Source: Eledone cirrhosa (Eukaryota). Taken from it: a stretch of 64,000 nt of DNA. The stretch spans positions 406,534,001 through 406,598,000 of the forward strand of contig OZ024740.1 of the NCBI GenBank assembly GCA_964016885.1. Reading direction: 5' to 3'. The notes under the pieces are model-generated. The model did not search any database. It worked only from the letters and a program-made list of their open reading frames with translations, and was not told the DNA's origin. A program made the position numbers and the translations under genes. Numbering within the stretch: position 1 is the stretch's first letter; each line of letters starts with the position of its first letter. This document shows positions 22,500 to 36,200 of this stretch, piece by piece.

Positions 22500-22657
22500 C
22501 CCAGTCCCTATCATCTCATTTCTACAGCTGAGTAAACTGGAGCAATGTGAAATAAAGTGTCTTGCTCAAGGAAACAACACATCACCCAGTCTGAGAATTG
22601 AACTCACAACCTTTCGATTGCAAGGCCAATGCTCTAACCACTAAGCCATGTGCCTCC
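22500..22657 (-). mobile_element. tRNA-derived CORE-type SINE
   Basis: Minus strand: GGAGGCACATGGCTTAGTGGTTAGAGC (A box), GTGAGTTCAATTC (B box), CCTTGAGCAAGACACTTTATTTCACATTGCTCCAG (CORE-like). Confidence 0.8.
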
Positions 22658-23363
22658 ATACACATGTTTGTTATATCAATAAATGTAAGTTGAATTGAGG
22701 TTTGGCTGTAAGTCTCAGGTTCTGTTGCTGCTGTGATAACTCTGGAAGGAATCTTTCCATATCATATTAATAGACAATGGCTGTGGTAAATAGCATCACA
22801 AGACTTTACAACGTCTTTTACATCATTTATTTACAAAGGTTGAGCTGGCATGCCAAAACAAATGAAACAAACTAATTAAGATTTTAATTAGGCACGGTCC
22901 ACTGGCTGAGGTGTTAGCCAGGCCCGTGGTTATGCTGTGGTGTTACATATTGGCTAATGGTTCACGGCAAAAGAAAAATGGTTGTTTACCTTTCCACGAT
23001 CAAAGCTTCAAGAGATAGAGTTTATTGAAAGTAGCGGGAAAGTCTCAGTTTAGGCGGAAGTTGAAAATACATGGCCGTGCGCGGCTCACGATTGGCCTGA
23101 CTTAGCCAAATCACGCACGAATAGCCTATCAATGCGCCAAAGGACCAAAGGAAAGTAGCTTGCTACAAATGTATTGTAAACCATATATTTTATGCCACCA
23201 CTTATCTCTTAGATAGTTCATTACCTCCCGACCGACAAAAATATTCAGAAATAAAGAAGGAAGAGAATCACCGGCCGGAAGTCGTGATACTTAAAAAGAT
23301 TTATTTTTATATAAAGAACGGCGCATAATGCAAAGTCAAAAGAAATTGATATTTGGGATATAA

Positions 23364-23564
23364 CCCTTTAGTATTTAAACCAGCCGTATCTGGCCAGAAT
23401 TCTCTCACCTCTTTCTGTTCAAACCAGCCGTAACCAGCTTCTGATACTTATGTTAAGGTATTGTTCTCAAAATAAATAATATCAGAATCTCGTAGATTCG
23501 ATATTATGTAAGGTAAAGCCTTTATGATGAAAATAAAATATTAAATATAGAGTAACGTAAAGGG
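23364..23564. mobile_element. piggyBac-type MITE, 201 bp
   Basis: Termini CCCTTTA..TAAAGGG, flanked by ATAA and TTAA. Confidence 0.65.
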
Positions 23565-24429
23565 TTAAGTGGTTAATTGGTGAGTTGAATTTGCAGGATG
23601 GTTCCTGTATAAGCTTGTACTCATTTTCTATGAGCCATGTTGTTTACAAAGTAGATTAAAAGTTAGAGTAGATGCGATTGGGTCCATGAGTGATCTGGGC
23701 ACTCGTGTATAATGTTTAGACTCATTTTGAAATTAGATAGTAGAATATGTTATGCTAAATTGACCAAATAGTTAGTCAAGTTTGATATTACTCTGTGATG
23801 AAGTCGGTAGGCTATTGATACGACAATGATAATCAGTTTCTCCTAGTCATGACATAAGCGTTCACACCAATTGATTAAACAATCAATACCTTGCTACATG
23901 AGCTGCTAATATTAACTGGGTTGCCACCAGTTGTATATGTTTTATAAGAATACAGACAAATATACAAAGAGCGGGCTGATTCTCTTATCACCCACCACTA
24001 GTCTAATCAAAATATACATTAAGTTGAATGAGAAATCTTTTGACGATGTTTATTTCTACTAGTTTGAATACACATATGTTAACAATGTTAATATCATTTT
24101 TTTCTACTTCTGTATCATGATCTTCTAGTACACATGTGGTATAAATTTAAAGATATTCACTTAAAGTTATTTTCTACTCCCGTTCTGCTAGTCTTAATGC
24201 AAGACGCGTCCTTGTTGAAGGAATCACAAAATCGCCTTATCGCTTTCCTTCGGCCTATTTTTATAACATTTTTCTTACAACACAAATTATTTAATTTACT
24301 TTGTAAAACATTGTTTTCTGCAACACATTATTTAACTGACTTTGTAAACACGAAAATAACTGTGTACATTCACAAACCCAATTATGTAAACTTCTCCATT
24401 TGGCATCTTTATACTCAAGAATCACAGCG

Positions 24430-24900
24430 GTGAAATGTCTGAGAGAGATAGACTAGTGTGGAATGTCAAGAAACGAAACATGCCCTATTTTGTTTACCGT
24501 GTTGACTTTGTGGAAAAAGCGAAGTAAATACATTATCTTTGGCAATAGATACTAGAGGGTCTACCACAGAAAAACAGAAAATATTATGTGACAGAACTAT
24601 TGAGAATGGAAATAGTAAACAGCATAAATTGAATTATTTATCATGGAGAGAGCTCGAACAGAAAATTTATTCAAACAAATGCATGGAATAGTTTTCTACA
24701 TAAATAGTTGACATTACATTATTTTGGGATGAAAGGAGACTGGCATTCTGTGGTACTTTTCATCTGATTGGTAATGTTCACAATGGGAACTTCCTTGAGC
24801 TGGTTGAATCTTTTAGAAGTCAAAGAAAGCCAGAAAAACGAGTAAGATTGCAAACATTAATAGTTGCCGGAATCATATTTCTCTTTACTCGAATTTCATT
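24430..24900 (+). pseudogene. hAT (ZMYM1/DUF4371-like) transposase remnant, N-terminal part
   Basis: ERDRLVWN..HALFCLPC (TTF-type zinc finger), NSKQHK..YLSWRELE, IVDITLF..ERRLAF..IGNVHNGNFLELVE. Confidence 0.75.
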
Positions 24901-24914
24901 ATGAAAGACATACT

Positions 24915-25225
24915 TTCTGAAAGGTCGTTAGATCCTAGGATAGAATATTTTGCATTTTTTACTCAGGTTCTCTGAGCTCTGAGTTCAAACTCCACCGAGA
25001 GGTCAACGTTGCTTGTCATCATTTCGAAGTCGATAAAAAAAAGTATCAGTTCAGTACTGGGGTCGATTCTTCCGTTATATCTCTCTCTTACTTCTTCTTT
25101 ATCATTATCTCTTCTCTGAAAGAAATTAGTTGTGTTCAGACCTGGAGAGAGGATTGACTACGCCAGGCTTAAAATATTCAATATGGCGCCTCTACTATTC
25201 CACCAGGAGTTACAGGTCCACACAT
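24915..25225 (+). mobile_element. SINE with extended 3' region
   Basis: GAGTTCAAACTCC, GTCGATAAAA..AGTACTGGGGTCGATT, then a tail homologous to 6970-7105. Confidence 0.7.
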
Positions 25226-26317
25226 AAATACATACTTCTTGGGTCAAGTATGAAATTTCTAGAAATTTCTAGAAAAAAAAGAAATTTCTACAAATTTCAT
25301 ACTTGGCGACATACACACATAATAGCTGCATCTCGGTTTCGAGAAATTGCCGTCTTTTTAACCTTTTTTCTCATACATAGGTTGCATGAACATGTGCATA
25401 TGCTGCAGCAAGAGAGAAAAAAGAAAAGGCCATGCTCACGCAACACACGTGAAAGTCGTTTAGATCACGTGATGTCTACACTTAAACTTTTCTTGTACCA
25501 GATCAATCCCACTCTCTGAACAAAGGTGACAAGAATCCAAAACATCATTGGCTGCCATCAAGTCGCAGGTTTTACACCAGAGTTTACCTTCTCCTAGAAT
25601 GATGGCGTAACATACATGCATATATACATACACCCATACATACACACACACACATACATACAAAGTATGACTGAACTTGGATTTGTGGACAAAGAACGCA
25701 GCTCCCTACTTCATTGACTACAAATGGCTGAGATATCTGGCACCTTCAAAATTTGCAAAACATTCTTGCGATTCAAGGGATGGCAATTTCTTTTCTTTTA
25801 CAATCTTGCCACCAGGAAGGTGGCCGGTCAAATATATACTCGAAATTAAGAGAAAGAGGGCATACATACATACCCACATACATACATGATAGCTGTCCCT
25901 TCATTATCGAGTATGGCCATTGCACGATATAACATTATTAATAATTATCAATTAATGCTGTCGTGCAATGCCTGAGCGTGAAGATTTTTTTTTAAGTGAG
26001 GAAAGACTGTGCACTGAGCCAATCCCACTCTCTGAGCGACAGTAGCTATAACCCGAAAAGAAGAAAAGATCAACATCATCGCTAACTACTGAGCCGTAGG
26101 TTTCAAGTCGGAGTTATCCTAGTTTCCTGAGTTGCCTTACCTAGAAGGATGCCCTGACAAAGGCTAGGGGTCCTTCACTCCCAGTGGTTTAACTGCGCGA
26201 TCGGGTATCCAGCCCGACTATTTATATGTCCCCGCGCATTTACATACACATGCATACATGTATATACATATATACATATATATATACACATACACATGCA
26301 TACATGCATATATATAT

Positions 26318-26555
26318 ATTTACACATTTTTGGATGGTCGTTGACTTTTATGAGTTCTTCTGCCCTTTGTCATGTTTTGTTTTTTCTCCTGCAGGGTGTC
26401 CAAAATCACCCTCCTCACCAAGTAAACTTGGTGGATTTGCCGGTTTAGTCGCCGACGACCCGACCATGCGACAGGTTGTACTGGGTTACATGTTACCAGT
26501 AGCACTCAAGAGTGACCCGACATATACATACACATGCATGCATGTATATACATAT

Positions 26556-26590
<35 letters not shown>

Positions 26591-26623
26591 ATATATATAT
26601 ATATACATACACATGTATACATG

Positions 26624-26705
<82 letters not shown>

Positions 26706-26863
26706 CACACATGTATACATGTATATACATATTTACACATTTTGGGATGTCCGTTGACTTTTATGAGTTCTTCCACCCTTTGTCAGGTTTTGTTTTTGTC
26801 CTGCAGGGTGTCCAAATTCCTCCTCCTCACCAAGTAAACTTGGTGGGTTGCCGGTTTAATCGA
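26318..26863 (+). repeat. Two diverged copies (26318-26522, 26729-26863) of an unclassified ~135-200 bp repeat embedded in CA/TA microsatellites
   Basis: Both share TTTACACATTTT..GTTGACTTTTATGAGTTCTT..CCTGCAGGGTGTCCAAA..CACCAAGTAAACTTGGTGG..GCCGGTTTA. Confidence 0.8.
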
Positions 26864-27141
26864 CATACATACACACACACACATACATACATACATACAT
26901 ACATACATACATACATACATACATACATACATACACATACATACATACATATACATACATACATACATACATACTTATACACACATACATACATACATAC
27001 AGACATACATACATACATAGATACATACATATATACATACATACATACACACATACATACATACATACATACATACATACATACACACATACATACATAC
27101 ATACATACATACATACACACATACATACATACATACATACA
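26864..27141 (+). repeat. (CATA)n microsatellite
   Basis: Read directly. Confidence 0.95.
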
Positions 27142-27240
27142 CTCTGAAAGATTAAAGGCAAAATACTATTCAGTAATAGTTGATGCAACGCCTGATACCA
27201 CACATGTCTAACAGACAGTATTTATCATTCGTTACCCTCA
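27142..27240 (+). pseudogene. hAT transposase remnant, first catalytic Asp region
   Basis: SERLKAKYYSVIVDATPDTTHV*QTVFIIRY. Confidence 0.85.
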
Positions 27241-27314
27241 AAATATAGATTCTCAATTTAAAATCCAAGCGAGATTCTTGTCTTCTGGGGAGTGTTGTGA
27301 GATAACAGACTCTG

Positions 27315-27690
27315 AGATTGCAAGATGGCATGACCATCTTCCCGTTCGCGGTGGCAAACCCCTCGTCTGGGATGCCACTTGCACCGACACTTTCTCCAGC
27401 CGCAACCTGGTGCAGTCTGCGACTCACCCAGGTTCTGCTGCACTTCGGGCTGAGGAGGCCAAACTCTTCAAATACCGGTCGCTCTCCGACAGGTTTGTGG
27501 TTGTACCCTTGGCAGTGGAGACTTCAGGTGTCCTCGGCCCTAGGGCTACCTCCCTACTCACCACCATAGGCGGCGAGCAGGCCAGCCGCAGGTGTGAGCC
27601 TCGCGAGCTGGAATGGCTTTTCCAGCGCGTCTCCCTTGCCGTCCTCCGAGGAAATGCCTTCTGTCCGCCGGGGCTGTGGGGAGGTTACCA
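27315..27690 (+). pseudogene. Restriction-like endonuclease (PD-D/ExK) C-terminus of a CRE-like non-LTR retrotransposon
   Basis: DGMTIFPF / GGKPLVWDATCTDTF..AEEAKLFKY..VPLAVETSGVLG..WLFQRVSLAVLRGNA. Confidence 0.85.
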
Positions 27691-27814
27691 ATATAATTGA
27701 CTGACTTGTTATTTTATCAGTTAGATGTTTTTAGACTCCCCTTTCTTACGTTACTTCTCTTTCTCTCTCACCCATCTGCCACAAAAGCATCATCGTCTCA
27801 TTATGGTATGATGT

Positions 27815-28030
27815 AATCATGACAAAGGAAACATTGAGTAAAAATAACATGCCATTAGAAGATTGTAGAAGTGAAGAATATGACAATGGTGCCAAGATGA
27901 CAGCCGAGTAGAAGGGTGTACTGGGGATACTAGTCAATGAAATTCCTCATGCTATTTTCTCACCACGTACATACTTTTATTGGATTTGTGTAGCACGGAT
28001 TCAACAAAGTGCTGTACCGAAGTAGTTACC
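27815..28030 (+). pseudogene. hAT transposase remnant, second catalytic Asp region
   Basis: MPLEDCRSEEYDNGAKMTAE*KGV..IPHAIFSP, matching the DCRGQGYDNGANMSG..KGV..A.F.PC motif. Confidence 0.8.
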
Positions 28031-28039
28031 CGTTTCACC

Positions 28040-28290
28040 ACCAGAGGCGCTGAGCTGGCCAACCGCAGGAGTAGCCCTCGCGAGATGGAATGACTCTTCC
28101 AGCACATCTCCCTTACCATCCTCTGGGGAAACACCTTCTCCATTCTGTCCGCCGGGGCTGTGGTGCTGCCAGCACGTGGGACCCCATTTGCTCATAATAG
28201 TGAGAGATGGGGAGGGCGAGAGAGATGAAGGCGATGACAGTGGGTGTTCGGCTCTGGCGTATTCGGACACATTGCACCTGTCAAGAGTGT
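28040..28290 (+). mobile_element. 3'-end fragment of a CRE-like element
   Basis: Homologous to 27570-27680 and 21950-22145. Confidence 0.75.
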
Positions 28291-28552
28291 AAACCATATA
28301 TGTTATGCCACTACTTATCACTTAGATAGTTCATTACCTCCCAACCGACAAAAGTATTCAGGAGTTAGGCTCTTCCGTGTTAGGACACATTGCACCTGTC
28401 ATGTGGATCATGTGATTATTTGTATTTATCAGCTCCATTATTCTGTTAGCGATGAATTCTATAAGAATAAACAGAAAGTCCCCAGTAAGTAGTCTCTGCA
28501 ATCCCCTTTCTTGTCACATTATTGAATATGTTTCTAATATATTTTCCTATAG

Positions 28553-28665
28553 TTGGGGTCAACTTTGTGTTCATCCTTCCAGAGTCGATAAAATAGAGTA
28601 CCAGTCAAGTACTGGGATTGATTTAATTAACTTATCCCTTCTCCCAAATTTGCTGGCCTTGAAAT
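28553..28665 (+). mobile_element. SINE 3' half
   Basis: GGTCAACTTTG..TTCATCCTT..GTCGATAAAATAGAGTACCAGTCAAGTACTGGG..GCTGGCCTTG. Confidence 0.75.
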
Positions 28666-28912
28666 CAATATATTTTTATAGGTTCCAGAAACTTTGCAAA
28701 TTCTTCCAACAGATAGATTGTATTGTATGTCAACTACCTAACGATCAGCTATCACAATTGCTTCAAATTGACCCTGTAGAATGTTCTGGAACGTCTTCTT
28801 TAGTTCATTTTGCTCTCCATGGAACATTGAACAAAGAAAGATCTTCATTCTGTACGGTTGCAAGCCTTGTCACGGGCTTGCTCTCAGGCCATGTATCTAC
28901 GTCATTATTCTG

Positions 28913-29105
28913 GGTGGTCGATTGACAGTATCGGTAGATGGTCAGAGGCCTTGCTTTGCAGCATAGAGTTACGGCCCTTTACTGTCTAAGTTCAAATCCT
29001 GCCGAAGTTAACTTTACCGTTCATCCTTATGGGGTCGATAAAATAAAGTACCAGTAATGCACTGGAGTAATTGCTGGCCTTGTGCCAAAAGTAGAAACAA
29101 TTGTT
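28913..29105 (+). mobile_element. SINE copy
   Basis: AGTTCAAATCC B-box, TTCATCCTTATGGGGTCGATAAAATAAAGTACCAG, TTGCTGGCCTTGTGCCAAAA. Confidence 0.78.
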
Positions 29106-30283
29106 CTGTAGCAACACAGATCGAAAAGTAACCTATTGTTTCGATGTCAAGGGGAGGGCGTCTGTAACTCTAGATAGGGGCCCATTTCAGGTAATGTCAG
29201 TTGAGCTTGGGACTCAAATTTCTTCACTTTATTTTCAAAGAAATATTAGGTAACGCTACGTCCAGTATTGAATTGCTCTTTTGAATCGTTTCGCTCTACT
29301 TTCAATGGTTCTGGAACGTAATCTGACGCGAAAGATCAAAATTTGAGTAACAGGAGCTATTAAATACATGTCCTCTTTCAGATGTTTACTCATATCATCA
29401 AGATGGATGACATGAGTATTTATTCTTGGTCCCATTAACATCTGTAACATGGTATTACATGTACGAAATGCCACTATTGATAGTGGAGTGGACAACACTG
29501 AAATGCTCATCGAAAGTTGGCAGAAAATACGAGATTAGATTGGTATTGCTGAGAGAATTAAAACATGCCGCTAATGGTCTGCAAACTGAAATTAAACTAA
29601 AGGAAATGAAAGAAAACAAAATATATTTTATGAAAATCGGTCAAATAATGAAAAACAGAAAAAAAGAACAAATAGATTAACATGTAGCGAGACAGGATAG
29701 AACTATTTTATCGCTGTGGCGTAATTTGGTTGTGCTTTGTCAGTCGCCAGCCCTGTATGGTTGGTGACGTATGAATACCAATGACCATTTCCGACCAGCA
29801 GTAGAATGCGTCATTTGCAAAACTAACCAGTTGCACTTTGGACGCTGGTAGTGTAACAGCTCTTAACTAGCTTCCCCAGTTTTTGATTTTTCTCTCTAAC
29901 ATTGAGAGTAGTTCCTTAGACGGCTTTTCAGTGATTTATTATTTATCCGTTCGTCTTTGTTTTACCAAATATTCCAATCCCTGACAATAGGTAAGGATAA
30001 ATTAGAGCCTGTCTCACTGTATTTTTTTACCTACTAAAAAGAAAACATTCGTTTCGCTGGCATCTACACACAAAAAACTCTTGGTGCATCCATGTTATAA
30101 CGTATTTATAACAATCATAGGAATAAATTATTTTATTTTTTAAAAAACTGCGCCTTCTGATCTAGAATTTTCGATACATTGGAACACTTCTTATACATCT
30201 CCATCTTGCTAAAGTTTCAATCGTGCAAAAGGTGATAATGACTACTAAAAATATAATCTTTATTTCCAACATCTGTTTTTTAT

Positions 30284-33200
30284 GTCATTGTAGATTCCGT
30301 CATTAGTTAGTAGTCATTGTGGATTCCGTCATTAGCTAGTAGTCATTGTGGATTCCGTCATTAGCTAGTAGTCATTGTAGATTACGTCATTAGTTACTAG
30401 TCATTGTGGATTCCGTCATTAGCTAGTAGTCATTGTGGATTCCGTTAGTAGTTAGTAGTCATTAGCTAGTAGTCATTGTGGAATCCGTCATTGGCTAATA
30501 GTCATTTAGAATTCCGTCGTTAGTTAGTAGTCATTGTGGATTCCGTCATTAGTTAGTAGTCATTGTGGATTCCGTCATTAGCTAGTAGTCATTGTAGATT
30601 CCGTCATTAGTTACTAGTCATTGTGGAATCCGTCATTAGCTAGTAGTCATTGTGGATTCCGTTAGTAGTTAGTAGTCATTAGCTAGTAGTCATTGTGGAA
30701 TCCGTCATTCGCTAATAGTCATTTAGGATTCCGTCATTAGTTAGTAGTCATTGTGGATTCCGTCATTAGTTAGTAGTCATTGTGGATTCCGTAATTAGTT
30801 AGTAGTCATTGGGGATTCCGTCATTAGCTAGTAGTCATTGTGGATTCCGTTATTAGTTAGTAGTCATTTAGGATTCCGTCATTAGCTAGTAGTCGTTGTG
30901 GATTCCGTATTTAGTTAGTAGTCATAAGCTAGTAGTCATTGTGGATCCCGTAATTAGCTAGTAGTCATTGTGGATTCGGTATTTAGTTAGTAGTCATTGT
31001 GGATTCCGTCATTCGTTAGTAGTCATTGTGGATTCCGTTATTAGTTAGTAGTCATTGTGGATTCCGTTATTAGTTAGTAGCCATTGTGGATTCCGTTATT
31101 AGTTAGTAGTCATTAGCTAGTAGTCATTTTGGATTCCGTCATTAGCTAGTAGTCATTGTGGATTCCGTTATTAGTTAGTAGTCTTTGTGGATTCCGTTAT
31201 TAGTTAGTAGTCTTTGTGGATTCCGTTATTAGTTAGTAGTCATTTAGGATTCCGTCATTAGCTAGTAGTCGTTGTGGATTCCGTATTTAGTTAGTAGTCA
31301 TAAGCTAGTAGTCATTGTGGATTCCGTCATTAGCTAGTAGTCATTGTGGATTCCGTATTTAGTTAGTAGTCATTGTGGATTCCGTCATTCGTTAGTAGTC
31401 ATTGTGGATTCCGTTATTAGTTAGTAGTCATTGTGGATTCCGTTATTAGTTAGTAGCCATTGTGGATTCCGTTATTAGTTAGTAGTCATTAGCTAGTAGT
31501 CATTTTGGATTCCGTCATTAGTTAGTAGTCATTGTGGATTCCGTTATTAGTTAGTAGTCATTAGCTAGAAGTCATTTTGGATTCCGTCATTAGTTAGTAG
31601 TCATTGTGGATTCCGTTATTAGTTAGTAGCCATTGTGGATTCCGTTATTAGTTAGTAGTCATTAGCTAGAAGTCATTGTGGATTCCGTTATTAGTTAGTA
31701 GTCATTAGCTAGTAGTCATTGTGGAATCCGTCATTCGCTAATAGTCATTTAGGATTCCGTCATTAGTTAGTAGTCATTGTGGATTCCGTCATTAGTTAGT
31801 AGTCATTGTGGATTCCGTTATTAGTTAGTAGTCATTGGGGATTCCGTCATTAGCTAGTAGTCATTGTGGATTCCGTTATTAGTTAGTAGTCATTTAGGAT
31901 TCCGTCATTAGCTATTAGTCGTTGTGGATTCCGTATTTAGTTAGTAGTCATAAGCTAGTAGTCATTGTGGATCCCGTAATTAGCTAGTAGTCATTGTGGA
32001 TTCGGTATTTAGTTAGTAGTCATTGTGGATTCCGTCATTCGTTAGTAGTCATTGTGGATTCCGTTATTAGTTAGTAGTCATTGTGGATTCCGTTATTAGT
32101 TAGTAGCCATTGTGGATTCCGTTATTAGTTAGTAGTCATTAGCTAGTAGTCATTTTGGATTCCGTCATTAGCTAGTAGTCATTGTGGATTCCGTTATTAG
32201 TTAGTAGTCTTTGTGGATTCCGTTATTAGTTAGTAGTCTTTGTGGATTCTGTTATTAGTTAGTAGTCATTTAGGATTCCGTCATTAGCTAGTAGTCGTTG
32301 TGGATTCCGTATTTAGTTAGTAGTCATAGGCTAGTAGTCATTGTGGATTCCGTCATTAGCTAGTAGTCATTGTGGATTCCGTATTTAGTTAGTAGTCATT
32401 GTGGATTCCGTCATTCGTTAGTAGTCATTGTGGATTCCGTTATTAGTTAGTAGTCATTGTGGATTCCGTTATTAGTTAGTAGCCATTGTGGATTCCGTTA
32501 TTAGTTAGTAGTCATTAGCTAGTAGTCATTTTGGATTCCGTCATTAGTTAGTAGTCATTGTGGATTCCGTTATTAGTTAGTAGTCATTAGCTAGAAGTCA
32601 TTTTGGATTCCGTCATTAGTTAGTAGTCATTGTGGATTCCGTTATTAGTTAGTAGTCATTAGCTAGTAGTCATTGTGGATTTCATTATTAGTTAGTAGTC
32701 ATTAGTCGGTAGTCTTTGTGGATTCCGTCATTAGTTAGTAGTCATTGTGGATTCCGTCATTAGTTAGTAGTCATTAGTTAGTAGTCATTAGCTAGTAGTC
32801 ATTAGCTAGTAGTCATTGTGGATTCCGTTATTAGTTAGTAGTCATTGTGGATTCCATCATTCGCAAGTAGTCATTGTGGATTCCGTTATTAGTTCGTAGT
32901 CTTTGTGGATTCCGTTATTAGTAAGTAGTCATTAGCTAGTAGTCATTGTGGATTCCATCATTCGCAAGTAGTCATTGTGGATTCCGTTATTAGTTAGTAG
33001 TCTTTGTGGATTACGTTATTAGTAAGTAGTCATTAGCTAGTAGTCATTGTGGATTCCGTCATTAGTTAGTAGTCATTGTTGATTCCGTCATTCGCTAGTA
33101 GGCATTGTGGATTCCGTTATTAGTTAGTAGTCATTGTAGATTCCGTCATTAGTTAGTAGTCATTGTCGATTGCGTTATGAGTTAGTAGTCATTAGCTAGT

Positions 33201-36200
33201 AGTCATTGTGGATTCCGTTATTAGTTAGTAGTCATTGTGGATTCCATCATTCGCAAGTAGTCATTGTGGATTCCGTTATTAGTTAGTAGTCTTTGTGGAT
33301 TCCGTTATTAGTAAGTAGTCATTAGCTAGTAGTCATTGTGGATTCCGTCATTAGTTAGTAGTCATTGTGGATTCCGTTATTAGTTAGTAGTCGTGGTGGA
33401 TTCCGTTATTAGTTAGTAGTCGTAGTGGATTCCGTCATTAACTAGTAGTCATTGTGGATTCCGTTATTAGTTAGTAGTCATTAGCTAGTAGTCATTGTGG
33501 ATTCCGTCATTAGTTAGTAATCATTGTGGATTCCGTTATTAGTTAATAGTCATTGTGGATTCCGTTCTTAGCTAGTAGTCATTAGCTAGTAGTCATCGTG
33601 GATTCCGTCATTAGTTAGTAGTCATTGTGGATTCCGTTATTAGTTAGTAGTCATTATGGATTCCGTTATTAGCTAGTAGTCATTAGCTAGTAGTCATTGT
33701 GGATTCCGTCATTACCTAGTAGTCATTGTGGATTCCGTCATTACCTAGTAGTCATTGTGGATTCCGACATTAGCTAGTAGTCATTGTGGATTCAGTTATT
33801 AGTTAGTAGTCATTGTGGATTCAGTTATTAGTTAGTAGTCATAAGCTAGTAGTCATTGTGGATTCCGACATTAGTTAGTAGTCATTGTGGATTCCGTTAT
33901 TAGTTAGTAGTCATTAGCTAGTAGTCATTGTGGATTCCGTCATTACCTAGTAGTCATTGTGGATTCCATCATTACCTAATAGTCATTGGGGATTCCGTCA
34001 TTAGTTAGTAGTCATTGTGGATTCCGTTATTAGTTAGTAGTCATTACCTACTAGTCATTTTGGATTCCGACATTAGTTAGTAGTCATTGTGGATTCCGTT
34101 ATTAGTTAGTAGACATTAGCTAGTAGTCATTGTGGATTCCGTCATAACCTAGTAGTCATTGTGGATTTCGTCATTACCTAGTAGTCATTGTGGATTCCGT
34201 CATTAGCTAGTAGTCATTGTGGATTTCATTATTAGTTAGTAGTCGTAGTGGATTCCGTCGTTAGCTAGAAGTCATTGTGGATTCCGTTATGAGTTACTAG
34301 TCATTAGCTAGTAGTCATTTAGGATTCCGTCATTCGCTAGTAGTCATTGTGGATTCCGTCATTAGTTAGTAGTCATTGTGGATTCCGTTTTTAGTTAGTA
34401 GTCATTAACTAGTAGTCATTGTGGATTCCGTCATTCGCTAGTAGTCATTATGGATTCCATTATTAGTTAGTAGTCATTTTGGATCCCATTATTAGTTAGT
34501 AGTCATTGGAGATTCCGTTATTAGTAAGTAGTCATTAGCTAGTAGTCATTGTGGATTCCGTCATTAGTTAATAGTCATTAACTACCAGTCATTGTGGATC
34601 CGTCATTAGTTAGTAGTCATTGTGGATTCCGTTATTAGTTAGTAGTCATTGTGGATTCCGTTATTAGTTAGTAGTCATTAGCTAGTGGTCATTGTGGATT
34701 CCGTCATTAGTTAGTAGTCATTGTGGATTCCGTTATTAGTTAGTAGTCATTAACAAGTAGTCATTGTAGATTCCGTCATTAGCTAGTAGTCATTGTGGAT
34801 TTAATTATTAGTTAGTAGTCATTAGCTAGTAGTCATTGTGGATTCCGTTATTAGTTAGTAGTGATTGTAGATTCCGTTATTAGTTAGTAGTCATCAGCTA
34901 GTAGTCATTGCGGATTCCGTCATTCGCTAGTAGTCATTGTGGATTCCGTCATTAGTTAGTAGTCATTGTGGATTCCGTTATTAGTTAGTAGTCATTGTGG
35001 ATTCCGTTATTAGTTAGTAGCCATTGTGGATTCCGTTATCAGTTAGTAATCATTAGCTAGTAGTCGTTGTGGATTCCGTAATTAGTTAGTAGTCATTAGT
35101 TAGTAATCATTTTGGATTCCGACATTAGTTAGTAGTCATTGTGGATTCCGTTATTAGTTATTAGTCATTAGCTAGTAGTCTTTGTGGATTCCGTCATTAC
35201 CTAGGAGTCATTGTGGATTCCGTCATTACCTAGTAGTCATTGTGGATTCCGTCATTAGCTAGTAGTCATTGTGGATTCAGTTATTAGTTAGTAGTCATTA
35301 GCTAGTAGTCATTGTGGATTCCCTCATTAGTTAGTAGTCATTGTGGAATACGTTATTAGTTAGTAGTCATTAGCTAGTAGTCATTGTGGATTCCGTCATT
35401 AGTTAGTAGTCATTGTGGATTCCGTTATTAGTTAGTAGTCATTAGTTAGTAGTCATTGTGGATTCCGTTATTAGTTAGTAGTCATTGTAGTTTCCGTTAT
35501 TAGTTAGTAGTCATTGTGGATTCCGTCATTAGTTAATAGTCATTAACTACCAGTCATTGTGGATCCGTCATTAGTTAGTATTCATTAGCTAGTGGTCATT
35601 GTGGCTTCCGTCATTAGTTAGTAGTCATTGTGGATTCCGTTATTAGTTAGTAGTCATTGTGGATTTAATTATTAGTTAGTAGTCATTGGTTAGTAGTCAT
35701 TGTGGATTCCGTCATTAGTCAGTAGTCCTTGTGGATTCCGTCATAAGTTAGTAGTCATTGTGGATTCCGTCATTAGTTAGTAGTCATTAGCTAGAATACA
35801 TTTTTGATTCCATAATTCGCTAGTAGTCATGGAGGATTCCTTTATTAGTTAGTAGTCGTTGTGGATTTCATTATTAGTTAATAGTCATTAGTTAGTAGTC
35901 TTTGTGGATTCCGTCATTAGTTAGTAGTCATTGTGCATTCGGTCATTAGTTAGTAGTCATTAGCTAGTATTCATTGTGGATTACCTCATTCGCAAGTAGT
36001 CATTGGGGATTCCGTTATTAGTTAGTAGTCATTGTGGATTCCGTCATTAGCTAGTAGTCATTGGCGATTCCCTTATTAGTTAGTAGTCATTGTGGATTCC
36101 GTCATTCGTTAGTAGTCATTGTGGATTCCGTTATTAGTTAATAGTCATTGTGGATTCCGTTATTAGCTAGTAGTCATTGTGGAATCAGTTATTAGTTAGT

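Noticed and set aside
26226-27211. His/Thr/Tyr- or Val/Cys/Met-rich ORFs
   Set aside because: These are translations of (CA)n/(CATA)n microsatellites. Only the last ~22 codons are real transposase sequence.
28452-29680. ORFs of 157 and 84 aa
   Set aside because: They overlap SINE sequence or show no recognisable domain.
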